A stretch of DNA of 64,000 nucleotides from Bacteroidales bacterium (GCA_963675215.1 OY775914.1:3672653-3736652); one strand, 5' to 3'. Positions 39,659 to 48,287 are shown, counted from the stretch's first letter. The notes: generated from the sequence alone by a model not told the origin. Translations and numbers: made by a program.

Positions 39659-40985
39659 AAAGCATACCTGAAATAGTTGCCATTATCACTACAAGACTTA
39701 TATAAACTAACGTCTTTTTATTTCCCAGAACTCCTCGAATAACTAACATATTTGGTAATGACAAGGATGGTCCAGCTAATAATAAAGCCAGAGCAGGACC
39801 CTTACCCATTCCAGAAGCTATTAATCCTTGTAGAATTGGAACCTCAGTTAAGGTAGCGAAATACATAAAAGCTCCAACTATTGAAGCGAAGAAGTTTGAG
39901 AAAATGGAATTCCCACCAACAAGCCATTGAATCCATTCATTAGGAATTATACCGGCAATAGTTTGTCCATCATGTGTTGACCCAAGTAAGAATCCTGCTG
40001 TCACTACACCAATTGCTAATAATGGTAGGATTTGTTTTGCAAAATCCCAACTTGCCATTGTCCACTCTTTGTTCTCTTCTTCTTTTTTGTCAAAAAGAGT
40101 TATTATACTCAATGAAGCAATACCAATTAACATAGGTACCAAAGGAGCAAGTTTTGTATTCTCAATAAAAGTTGTAGATAAAACTGCTGATAGAGCTGTG
40201 GCAATTACGGCATATAATACCCATTGCCATTTTATTTTTAATATATATATCAACGAAAATGCTAGCATTAAACTAAAGAATCCCGTAATATACCATTTGT
40301 AAGCCCATATATAATACCATGTACTTGAAGTATCACCACTTTCAGGGCTACCCCAATTAGCAAATACCAGAATAATTACCAGAGTAAAAAAGTGAAATGA
40401 AGTTTGCCACATCGGACGCTTCTCGGGAGGTAATTCGATATTCATTTGTTCTTCCCGCTTTATTTTTTCTTCTTTTCTATATATAAGTGACATGGCTATA
40501 CCGATAATCACACTAAATGCTACGGCACCAATAACTCGGGCTACACCCATTTCGAAGCCCAAGATTCGGGCGGTCAGTATGATGGCTAATATATTAATCG
40601 CTGGTCCAGAATATAAAAAAGCTATGGCTGGACCTAAACCAGCACCACGCTTATGAATACTTGAGAACAAAGGCAAAATAGTGCAACTACAAACGGCTAA
40701 GATAGTTCCTGAAACAGCAGCCACTGTATAGGCTAACCATTTTTTTGCATTGGCTCCAAAATATCTTAATACAGAACCCTGGCTAACAAATACGGAAATT
40801 ACACCAGCAATAAAAAATGCAGGTAATAGACAGAGTACTACATGTTCTCTGGCGTACCATTTAACAAGATCAAGGGTTGCTGCAATAGCTGTATTAAATC
40901 TTGCACTATCAATTGGCAAGAAAAATGCAACTCCAAAAACTATGGCGATCCATAATAGGATTTTTAATTCTTTGCGATTTTCCAT
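39642..40985 (-). CDS. ArsP-type / PF03773-like inner-membrane permease
   Basis: 447 aa, two-lobed polytopic. Intramembrane vicinal cysteines AVCSCTILPLF, as in ArsP-family permeases. Confidence 0.75.
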   Translation of the reverse strand: MENRKELKILLWIAIVFGVAFFLPIDSARFNTAIAATLDLVKWYAREHVVLCLLPAFFIAGVISVFVSQGSVLRYFGANAKKWLAYTVAAVSGTILAVCSCTILPLFSSIHKRGAGLGPAIAFLYSGPAINILAIILTARILGFEMGVARVIGAVAFSVIIGIAMSLIYRKEEKIKREEQMNIELPPEKRPMWQTSFHFFTLVIILVFANWGSPESGDTSSTWYYIWAYKWYITGFFSLMLAFSLIYILKIKWQWVLYAVIATALSAVLSTTFIENTKLAPLVPMLIGIASLSIITLFDKKEEENKEWTMASWDFAKQILPLLAIGVVTAGFLLGSTHDGQTIAGIIPNEWIQWLVGGNSIFSNFFASIVGAFMYFATLTEVPILQGLIASGMGKGPALALLLAGPSLSLPNMLVIRGVLGNKKTLVYISLVVIMATISGMLYGSIF

Positions 40986-41010
40986 TTTTAAATTATAATT
41001 AACTGTTAAG

Positions 41011-41032
41011 ATGTTCGTAGATTAACGAACAT
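41011..41032. promoter_or_regulatory. Putative ArsR-family operator 3: ATGTTCG-N8-CGAACAT
   Basis: Perfect 7-8-7 palindrome in the 138-nt gap upstream of the permease gene. Same core as the sites at 42491 and 42829. Confidence 0.6.
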
Positions 41033-41123
41033 ACCTCGTAAATTTTTTTTATTTATTATTACAATTAAACGATACTCTATTATTTTCTTTTTCAAACATT
41101 AAGTCTCTAATTTAGAACAGCTT

Positions 41124-41822
41124 CTAAAAGTATATTGTTATAACATAATATACACCAACAAATATGAATAAAACAGCAATGATTCGTCTAAACCATAATT
41201 CAAACGATTTAAGTTTATTATATACATTCCCAATCGAACCCATGCTAAAAGCGATAAGCCAAGCGAAAATTATGACAGGAACACCTGTTCCAATGGCAAA
41301 AAATAAAGGCAAATACAATCCACTTGCACTGCTGATTGTTATAGGGATGAGCATACCGAAATAGAGGACTCCACTATAAGGACAAAATGCCAAGGCAAAT
41401 ACAATTCCCAATAAAAGCACTCCCCAGAAACCACTATTCGATTTTTTTTCCATCATTTCAGTTAACGAACCAGTACCTGGTATCTTTAGTCTTATGATCC
41501 CAAGCATAAAAAGACCGATAATAATTAAAAGAGGGCCTAATATTTTTTCACCCCATTCCTGAATAAATCCGGCAAACTTGAACTGGCTTGCACCAAAATA
41601 GAACAATAATCCGATGGCTGTGTAAGAAATAGCTCGCCCTAAAGTATAGACCAAACCATTAATGAATACCTTACGTTGATTTGCAATATCCTTACTAATA
41701 AACCCAATAGCAGTAATGTTGGTTGCTAAAGGGCAGGGACTTATGGAAGTCATAAGTCCCAATATAAGTGCTGTTAGAATTGGGAATTGTGAAATTTCCA
41801 AAAGGTTCTGTAGAAAATCCAT
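41124..41822 (-). CDS. CcdA/DsbD-like transmembrane thiol-disulfide electron transporter (DsbD_2-type)
   Basis: 232 aa, 6 TM spans, intramembrane Cys in SISPCPL and FCPY. Confidence 0.7.
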   Translation of the reverse strand: MDFLQNLLEISQFPILTALILGLMTSISPCPLATNITAIGFISKDIANQRKVFINGLVYTLGRAISYTAIGLLFYFGASQFKFAGFIQEWGEKILGPLLIIIGLFMLGIIRLKIPGTGSLTEMMEKKSNSGFWGVLLLGIVFALAFCPYSGVLYFGMLIPITISSASGLYLPLFFAIGTGVPVIIFAWLIAFSMGSIGNVYNKLKSFELWFRRIIAVLFIFVGVYYVITIYF

Positions 41823-41823
41823 A

Positions 41824-42231
41824 TTATAATAGTGAATCTAAAGTAGATTTCAATTTAAGTTTAAATTTTTCAGGGTTACTTCTTGCATTTAAAAAAGCTT
41901 CGTTGGTTAAGTTTATAACCTTATCACCCTTTACAATTAACAAAGTCTGACCACTAATCTGATATTTCTCAACAAGTGCCTTATTCTCATCTTTTTCTCG
42001 ATTGAAAATCTTAAGTGAAACTTTATCAGCATAAGATTCATTGATCACTTCAATGGAAACAGCTTCAACTGCCTTGCAGGTAACACAGCGATTGGTTGCA
42101 TGGAAATAATATGCTTTGACACTGGTCTCATCTTGATTACTACTTGCAATTTCTTTGTTTTGATTTTGCGCCGAAACTGCAACCATACCTACTAGAATCA
42201 TTAGACTTAAAATACTTACTACTTTTTTCAT
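41824..42231 (-). CDS. Secreted CxxC protein (thioredoxin-like partner of CcdA, function unknown)
   Basis: Signal peptide MKKVVSILSLMILVGMVAVSAQ and redox-type NRCVTCK. 1-nt gap to the ccdA-like gene. Confidence 0.5.
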   Translation of the reverse strand: MKKVVSILSLMILVGMVAVSAQNQNKEIASSNQDETSVKAYYFHATNRCVTCKAVEAVSIEVINESYADKVSLKIFNREKDENKALVEKYQISGQTLLIVKGDKVINLTNEAFLNARSNPEKFKLKLKSTLDSLL

Positions 42232-42239
42232 TGTATTAT

Positions 42240-42473
42240 TTATTTAGTTAATAATTGTGATATTTCATCAGATGATGGGACCCTCCCTTTTACAATAACT
42301 TTTCCGTCGACCACCAAAGCAGGAGTAGTCATTACGCCAAATTGCATGATTTCAACGATGTCTTCTACCTTAGTTACGGTTGCTTGAATTCCGGCTTTTT
42401 CAACCGCTTCAATTGTTGCTTTCTCCAGCGACTTACATTTTGCACATCCTGTGCCTAAAACTTTTATTTCCAT
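42240..42473 (-). CDS. Redox-active disulfide protein 2 (small thioredoxin, Thioredoxin_3 / TM0996-MTH895 type)
   Basis: 77 aa. MEIKVLGTGCAKCKSLE signature and TTPALVVDGKV. Confidence 0.85.
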   Translation of the reverse strand: MEIKVLGTGCAKCKSLEKATIEAVEKAGIQATVTKVEDIVEIMQFGVMTTPALVVDGKVIVKGRVPSSDEISQLLTK

Positions 42474-42490
42474 TAGATTATATATTTAGT

Positions 42491-42510
42491 TGTTCGCAAA
42501 ACAACGAACA
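42491..42510. promoter_or_regulatory. Putative ArsR-family operator 2: TGTTCG-N8-CGAACA
   Basis: Perfect 6-8-6 palindrome in the 53-nt gap between arsR and the small thioredoxin gene. Confidence 0.6.
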
Positions 42511-42526
42511 TGTGTTACAAAAAAAA

Positions 42527-42826
42527 TCAAATATTAAAAAATTCCTTCATCAATAATTTTGCTTCAGCCCAATTTTCTTTATTTACGCAATACTTGATTC
42601 TGGGAGCTTCAGTCTCACCCTGAATCAATCCAGCATCTTTTAATTCTTTTAAGTGCTGAGAAAGTGTTGATTTGGCAATGGTTAATTCTTCGCTCAAATC
42701 TCCACTATAACAACAACTCTGCTTTGAAAGTAAATTAAGGATAAACACACGGGTAGGGTGACCCAATGCCTTTGCATATCTGGCCATCTTAACCTGCTCA
42801 TCACCTATATTTGCTTCTTTACCCAT
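42527..42826 (-). CDS. ArsR/SmtB family metalloregulatory repressor
   Basis: 99 aa. LGHPTRVFILNLL, wHTH STLSQHLKELKDAGLI. Cys pair in SCCYSGDL sits at the position of the ArsR ELCVCDL site. Confidence 0.9.
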   Translation of the reverse strand: MGKEANIGDEQVKMARYAKALGHPTRVFILNLLSKQSCCYSGDLSEELTIAKSTLSQHLKELKDAGLIQGETEAPRIKYCVNKENWAEAKLLMKEFFNI

Positions 42827-42828
42827 AG

Positions 42829-42850
42829 TTGTTCGTTAATTACCGAACAA
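42829..42850. promoter_or_regulatory. Putative ArsR-family operator 1: TTGTTCG-N8-CGAACAA
   Basis: Perfect 7-8-7 palindrome beginning 3 nt upstream of the arsR ATG. It overlaps the -7 promoter motif by 3 nt. Confidence 0.6.
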
Positions 42851-42855
42851 AGATA
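42848..42855 (-). promoter_or_regulatory. -7 promoter motif TATCTTTG for arsR
   Basis: Exact TAnnTTTG on the minus strand, 21 nt from the arsR ATG. Confidence 0.45.
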
Positions 42856-42880
42856 TAAAGTAATAAAACGGATTCCAATT

Positions 42881-45391
42881 CTATTTGAAATATTTTTTTA
42901 TTTTATCCATGAGCATTTTTTTATTGATCGGTTTTGAAATATAATCATCACATCCTGCTTGCGATAATTTTTCGCGATCACCTGGAATGGCATATGCTGT
43001 TTGGGCAATGATTGGCATATCGGGGCACATTTCTTTTATTTTCATGGTGGCTTCATAACCATCCATTCTCGGCATATTAATATCCATTAAAACCAGTTTG
43101 ATATCGGGATCGTTTTTACATGATAGAATCGCTGCTTCACCACTTTTCACGCATATCGTATTAATCCCTGATTTTTTGAGTAGTATTTTTAAAAAACTTA
43201 AACTTAAATCATCGTCTTCAACAATCAATATTTTTTCCTTTTTACCATCACTAAGCGCTTGTATTTTCAAATTAGCATCATTTTCATCAGGTAAAAAATC
43301 ATTAAAAGGTACTGTAAAATAGAATGTTGACCCTGTTTGCTCATCCGTATCAAGCCACATCTTTCCACCTAATATTTCAGTCAGTCTTTTTGCAATTGTC
43401 AACCCAAGTCCTATACCTCCATATGTTCTTGAATGCGTTTCTTCAATTTGCCTGAACATCTCAAAAATAATTTTTTTCTTTTGTTTAGGGATCCCTATTC
43501 CGGTATCTTTCACAAAAAACTCCAAAAATGATTTGTCATGATCCTGCTTAACATTAAACCCATATTCAACTGTTCCTTTTATGGTAAACTTTAGTGCATT
43601 TTTCAGCAGATTAATTAAGATTTGTTTAAATTTTAAGGGATCAGTATTTAAACTAATTTCTTTATTTACCTCCGGTGTTGTCAATTTTAATTCAATATGA
43701 ATCTTGTCGGTGTTCTGTTGCTCGACGATTATTAATTCATTAATTTCATTCAACAAACTTATTAGGTTTACTTTTTCTTTAACCAGATTAACTTCACCCG
43801 TTTCGATCAAAGCAATCTCAAAAATGTCCTCTACGATACTCAACAGATTATTTCCACTAATATTAATGGATTTATTAAACTGCATAATTTCGGATAGCGG
43901 CAAATTTTCATTTCTTATTATTTCGGAAAATCCAATAACGGCATTAAGCGGGGTTCGTAACTCGTGCGACATGGTTGCCAGAAATACAGATTTCAATTGA
44001 TCTGATTCAGTTGCTTTGGCAAGCGCATCTTTAAGCTCTTGTTCAGCATTTTTACGATCAATCGAGATACTTATTTGCTCTGAAATAAATTCCAGTACCT
44101 CCATATCTGATTTATCATAGGCAAACTCATCGGTGTAACTCTGAACTGCAAGCACACCAATTACATCACCCTTTAATTTGAGAGGCACACCGAGCCATAT
44201 TTCGGAATCAGATCCAAATCTACCCACCTCATCAGCCTCCTCTAATTCTTTTATTTTATTTTTTGTTGCAAGTAATGGTTTTTTCGTTTTTATAACATAA
44301 TTAGTAAGCGTTTTACCAGCGGGGATAGATGTTACCTTATCTTTTTCATCAGCGATAAAGGGTAAGGAAATCGTATCATTTTCAGAATGATAAAGGGCTA
44401 TATAAAAATTTGTTGTATCAATAACAGCACCTAACTCTACTTTGATCTTGCCAATTAGTTTTATCAAATTATCCGTTGTATTTGCTGCATTCGAAATATT
44501 AAACAAAACCTTCTGTAACTTTTCCGAATGCTTTCGTTTTGTAATATCACGGATAAATGCAATCACCATTGGTTCAGCATCAACATACATAATCGCGACA
44601 CTCATATCTAAATTCAAAAGTTGGCCATTTTTACGCCTATGCTTTGTTTCAGTTCGGGTGCATCCATCTTTAACCAACCTTTTTATCCTTTTGTTTTTTT
44701 CCGTCTCACTCAGGTCAATATCTAACTCGCGTATATTCATATCCAATAACTCTTTACGCGTATATCCAATCAGTTTGCAATAGGCCGGATTAACATCAAT
44801 AACTCTACCCTCAGGATTTGTTAAAATGTAACCTTCCATCGTATTTTCAAGAATGAGTTGGTTACGAAGAGATAATTTTTTCAACTTATCTTCCGTATGT
44901 CGGTGCTTAAGAATTTCTGATTGTAGAACCTCATTTTTTTGTGAAAGCTCGATTGTCCTTTTTTCCACAAGCTCTTCCAAATCTCTTTTCTCTTTTCTCA
45001 GTCTGTCTTCAGCCTCCTTAATTCGTAACATTACATTTATCTGAGCAATAAATTCGGCAGGCTCAATTGGTTTCGACAAAAAAGCATCTGCCCCAATATT
45101 TAAGCCTTGTATTCTGCTTTCAGTATCATTTTTTATGGCTGTTATTAGTACCACAGGAATATGTTTGGTTAACTCATCATTTTTTAGCTTTTTACAGGTT
45201 TCAAAACCATCCAAGCCCGGCATAATAATATCCAAAAGAATGGTATCTGGCTGTGTTTTTCTTGCAATTTGAATTCCATCTTCCCCAGACAATGCTGTAT
45301 GCACGATGCAGTCAATAATATGTTCATTAATTAGCGCACTAATTGTTATGAGGTTATTTCTTTTGTCATCAATAATAAGGATGGATTTCAT
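42881..45391 (-). CDS. Hybrid sensor histidine kinase / response regulator (REC - coiled coil - PAS - GAF - HisKA - HATPase - REC)
   Basis: 836 aa. H-box SHELRTPLN, DTGIGI, GGIGLGLTIA, receivers at both ends. The N-terminal ~150 aa are clearly paralogous to the kinase at 3639-6002. Confidence 0.9.
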   Translation of the reverse strand: MKSILIIDDKRNNLITISALINEHIIDCIVHTALSGEDGIQIARKTQPDTILLDIIMPGLDGFETCKKLKNDELTKHIPVVLITAIKNDTESRIQGLNIGADAFLSKPIEPAEFIAQINVMLRIKEAEDRLRKEKRDLEELVEKRTIELSQKNEVLQSEILKHRHTEDKLKKLSLRNQLILENTMEGYILTNPEGRVIDVNPAYCKLIGYTRKELLDMNIRELDIDLSETEKNKRIKRLVKDGCTRTETKHRRKNGQLLNLDMSVAIMYVDAEPMVIAFIRDITKRKHSEKLQKVLFNISNAANTTDNLIKLIGKIKVELGAVIDTTNFYIALYHSENDTISLPFIADEKDKVTSIPAGKTLTNYVIKTKKPLLATKNKIKELEEADEVGRFGSDSEIWLGVPLKLKGDVIGVLAVQSYTDEFAYDKSDMEVLEFISEQISISIDRKNAEQELKDALAKATESDQLKSVFLATMSHELRTPLNAVIGFSEIIRNENLPLSEIMQFNKSINISGNNLLSIVEDIFEIALIETGEVNLVKEKVNLISLLNEINELIIVEQQNTDKIHIELKLTTPEVNKEISLNTDPLKFKQILINLLKNALKFTIKGTVEYGFNVKQDHDKSFLEFFVKDTGIGIPKQKKKIIFEMFRQIEETHSRTYGGIGLGLTIAKRLTEILGGKMWLDTDEQTGSTFYFTVPFNDFLPDENDANLKIQALSDGKKEKILIVEDDDLSLSFLKILLKKSGINTICVKSGEAAILSCKNDPDIKLVLMDINMPRMDGYEATMKIKEMCPDMPIIAQTAYAIPGDREKLSQAGCDDYISKPINKKMLMDKIKKYFK

Positions 45392-45637
45392 AATTTAATA
45401 AGATAAACGATTTAACAAATTCACAAGTTCTTGTAATACAATAAGTCTTCAATACTTATTAATTCCTTGTTTTAGCAAAAGGTGACCAAGTCATCACACG
45501 ATAATAGATAATGAAATACGTTTTAAATATGAACCTGCGGTTTTTGCTAATTAAAACCAGATAGCCTAAATATTAAATTTCATATTTTAAAGGTGATTTT
45601 TCCTGGAAATTTTACCATAAACAGGGGGTGGTTGAAA

Positions 45638-45671
45638 ACAAAAAAAAGCCCTCCATAAACTGAAGGGCTTT
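45638..45671 (-). terminator. Intrinsic terminator after tRNA-Ser
   Basis: Minus strand: aaagccct / agggcttt stem followed by a T8 run, 8 nt after the tRNA 3' end. Confidence 0.8.
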
Positions 45672-45679
45672 AATTTTTG

Positions 45680-45764
45680 CGGAGAAAGAGGGATTCGAAC
45701 CCCCGGAGGTTTGACCCTCAACGGTTTTCAAGACCGCCGCATTCGACCACTCTGCCATTTCTCC
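45680..45764 (-). tRNA. tRNA-Ser (anticodon UGA)
   Basis: Reverse complement GGAGAAATGGCAGAGTGGTCGAATGC...GGTCTTGAAAACC...GGTTCGAATCCCTCTTTCTCCG. 7-bp acceptor stem, long variable arm, CT-TGA-AA anticodon loop. Confidence 0.9.
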
Positions 45765-45768
45765 GCTG

Positions 45769-45776
45769 CAAAAGTA
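45769..45776 (-). promoter_or_regulatory. -7 promoter motif TACTTTTG for tRNA-Ser
   Basis: Exact TAnnTTTG on the minus strand, 4 nt upstream of the mature 5' end. Confidence 0.45.
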
Positions 45777-45930
45777 CAATATTTTTCTATTCTCAAAATA
45801 TTTTTAAAAAAAAATTATTCCTACGCTTTACATTTTTACACTTTACATATCCCAAATCACTCTAAATAAACCATTTCTAACTTAGAAACTAATTATTTCG
45901 AAGGATTAAGCTCGTTTCAAAAATAGAATG

Positions 45931-45938
45931 TATTTTTG
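45931..45938 (+). promoter_or_regulatory. -7 promoter motif TATTTTTG
   Basis: Exact TAnnTTTG, 29 nt from the ATG at 45968. Confidence 0.4.
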
Positions 45939-45967
45939 CATTGAAATTTATTTAGTAAATAACTTCT

Positions 45968-46846
45968 ATGATCGTTATCCATAAACTGTTTATTTTCTTT
46001 TCGTGGGTCATTTCATGGTTACCTTTCAGAATTCTTTATTTAAAGTCTGATTTCTTTTTTTTTATACTCTATTATATTATCCGCTACCGCAAAAAAGTAG
46101 TTTATAAGAACCTTCATCAGGCTTTTCCGCTGAAAAGTGATGCTGAAATAAAAAAAATTGCAAAAAAGTTTTACCACAACTTTACTGATATTTTTTTCGA
46201 GGTTTTAAAACTTAAAAACATTTCTGTAGAAAAACTTAATAAAAGATTCATTCTAAAAAATCCGGAACTATTAGATCAGCTTTTCGAACAGGATAAAAGC
46301 ATATTGGTAACTATTGGTCATATTGGAAATTGGGAATGGCTCGGGCCCTTGCTTGCAAGCAGAAATCAATTTAAAGTTTTTGGTCCGGCTAAACCACTTA
46401 ACGACCCCTTCTTTAATAAATTCATGAATTCGAATAGATCAAGATTTGGATTTTCTCCGATAAAGTATACACATACACTTCGGACATTGGCTCATTATAA
46501 AGACCAAAGCACAGCCTCGCTCATGGCAGCAGATCAGAGTCCTTTAAAGAGTGATCAAAATTATTGGACATCGTTCTTAAACAAAGAAACTCCATTTTAT
46601 CTGGGAATAGAAAAGATTGCAAAATCTTTAGATATCGCCGTCGTATATTTTGATGTTCAAAGAAAAAAAAGAGGATACTACGAAGCAGAATTGCATCTTA
46701 TAACAGATACCCCAAAGCTTTGCGAAGATCACCAGATTATTGACTCCTATATTAAGCATTTACAAAACTCAATAATAAACAACCCTGATAATTGGCTTTG
46801 GTCGCATCGCCGATGGAAATATGAAAAAGAAACACTAACTAATTAA
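45968..46846 (+). CDS. Lipid A late acyltransferase family protein (LpxL/HtrB-like)
   Basis: 292 aa, N-terminal anchor, catalytic HIGNWEW (H-x4-E-like) motif. Confidence 0.8.
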   Translation: MIVIHKLFIFFSWVISWLPFRILYLKSDFFFFILYYIIRYRKKVVYKNLHQAFPLKSDAEIKKIAKKFYHNFTDIFFEVLKLKNISVEKLNKRFILKNPELLDQLFEQDKSILVTIGHIGNWEWLGPLLASRNQFKVFGPAKPLNDPFFNKFMNSNRSRFGFSPIKYTHTLRTLAHYKDQSTASLMAADQSPLKSDQNYWTSFLNKETPFYLGIEKIAKSLDIAVVYFDVQRKKRGYYEAELHLITDTPKLCEDHQIIDSYIKHLQNSIINNPDNWLWSHRRWKYEKETLTN

Positions 46847-46855
46847 ACCCTTAAC

Positions 46856-47878
46856 TTGAAGAAAACAGCTGTAGTTATACTAAATTGGAACGGTCGTGAA
46901 TTTCTAAAAAAATTCTTACCCAATGTTATTAAATTCAGCAAAGATGATGCTGAAATAATTGTTGCAGATAATGCTTCAAGTGACGATTCCATTGCGCTTT
47001 TAAAATCTGATTTTCCTGATGTACGGATCATTGAAAACAAAAGTAATGGTGGGTTTGCAGCGGGTTATAATCAATCCCTTAAACTGGTTGATGCAGCATA
47101 TTATGTGTTATTAAATTCTGATATTGAAGTTACAGAGAACTGGATTAAACCAGTGATAGACATGATGGAAAAGGATGGAATGATCGCTGCCTGCCAACCA
47201 AAAATTCGATCCTTTTTCGAAAAAGATAAATTTGAATATGCCGGAGCAGCCGGAGGTTTTATCGATAAATATGGATATCCATTTTGCCGAGGACGTGTAT
47301 TTCAATCATTGGAAGAAGACAAAGGGCAGTATGATCAAGCTTGTGAAATATTTTGGGCAACCGGAGCTGCTTTATTTGTTCGGGCAGAACTTTATCACAA
47401 ATTGGGTGGATTGGATGATGACTTTTTTGCACACATGGAAGAGATTGACTTATGTTGGCGACTTAAAAATGAAGGCTACAAAATAATGTTCTGCCCCGAA
47501 TCAACAGTTTTTCATGTTGGTGGTGGCACCTTGCCCAAAAGTTCTTCTCGTAAAACCTATTTAAATTTTAGAAATAATTTCTTTTTGATGTATAAAAATT
47601 TACCTCAAAAAAGAATTCTTAAGACCATCTTGGCACGATTAATTTTGGATGCGGCAGCGGCCATGAAATTTTTGCTACAAGGTGGTGTTGCTGATTTATG
47701 GGCTGTGATTCGAGCGCATTTAAGCTTTTACAGAAATTTGAGAACCCTAAAACAAAAAAGAAAAGCCATCCATCAAAAGGAAGTAAGTAGCATGTATTTA
47801 TCAAATATTGCTTTCGACCACTTTTTACATGGCAAAAAAACTTTTACCGAACTAAACCCTGATAAATTTTCGAAATAA
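46856..47878 (+). CDS. Family 2 glycosyltransferase
   Basis: VVILNWNG, ADNASSD, LNSD, D-x-D region EEIDLCWR. TTG start. Confidence 0.85.
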   Translation: MKKTAVVILNWNGREFLKKFLPNVIKFSKDDAEIIVADNASSDDSIALLKSDFPDVRIIENKSNGGFAAGYNQSLKLVDAAYYVLLNSDIEVTENWIKPVIDMMEKDGMIAACQPKIRSFFEKDKFEYAGAAGGFIDKYGYPFCRGRVFQSLEEDKGQYDQACEIFWATGAALFVRAELYHKLGGLDDDFFAHMEEIDLCWRLKNEGYKIMFCPESTVFHVGGGTLPKSSSRKTYLNFRNNFFLMYKNLPQKRILKTILARLILDAAAAMKFLLQGGVADLWAVIRAHLSFYRNLRTLKQKRKAIHQKEVSSMYLSNIAFDHFLHGKKTFTELNPDKFSK

Positions 47879-48207
47879 TGGCTTGGCTCTATTTGTTTAT
47901 TGCAGGAATTTTTGAAATAGTTTGGGCTATTGCGCTGAAATATTCTGAAGGATTTTCAAAGTTCTGGCCATCAGCTATCACGGTTGTTGGGATGGCCATC
48001 AGTATTTATTTTTTAGCCATCGCACTTAAAACGTTACCCATTGGGGTTGCTTACTCAATCTGGACTGGAATCGGAGCTATTGGCACAGTGATATTAGGAA
48101 TAATGTTATTTGGCGAATCAAAAGAAATCTTAAAAATTGTTTTCGTACTGATGATTGTTTGCGGAATAGTTGGCTTGAAACTAGTGACAGGTAATTCTGG
48201 GAATTAG
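47878..48207 (+). CDS. sugE: SMR-family transporter SugE (quaternary ammonium / guanidinium exporter type)
   Basis: 109 aa, 4 TM spans, MAWLYLFIAGIFEIVWAIALKYSEGF with the conserved membrane Glu. Confidence 0.9.
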   Translation: MAWLYLFIAGIFEIVWAIALKYSEGFSKFWPSAITVVGMAISIYFLAIALKTLPIGVAYSIWTGIGAIGTVILGIMLFGESKEILKIVFVLMIVCGIVGLKLVTGNSGN

Positions 48208-48287
48208 TAAAAAAGTAAATTGGGGAATTGTAATACAAATTTATTCCAAGAAATTCGAATCTCTGATTGCTGCAAATCTACTATCTG

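Noticed and set aside
45677-45865. 62-aa plus-strand ORF
   Set aside because: It is the antisense reading of tRNA-Ser plus its promoter region.
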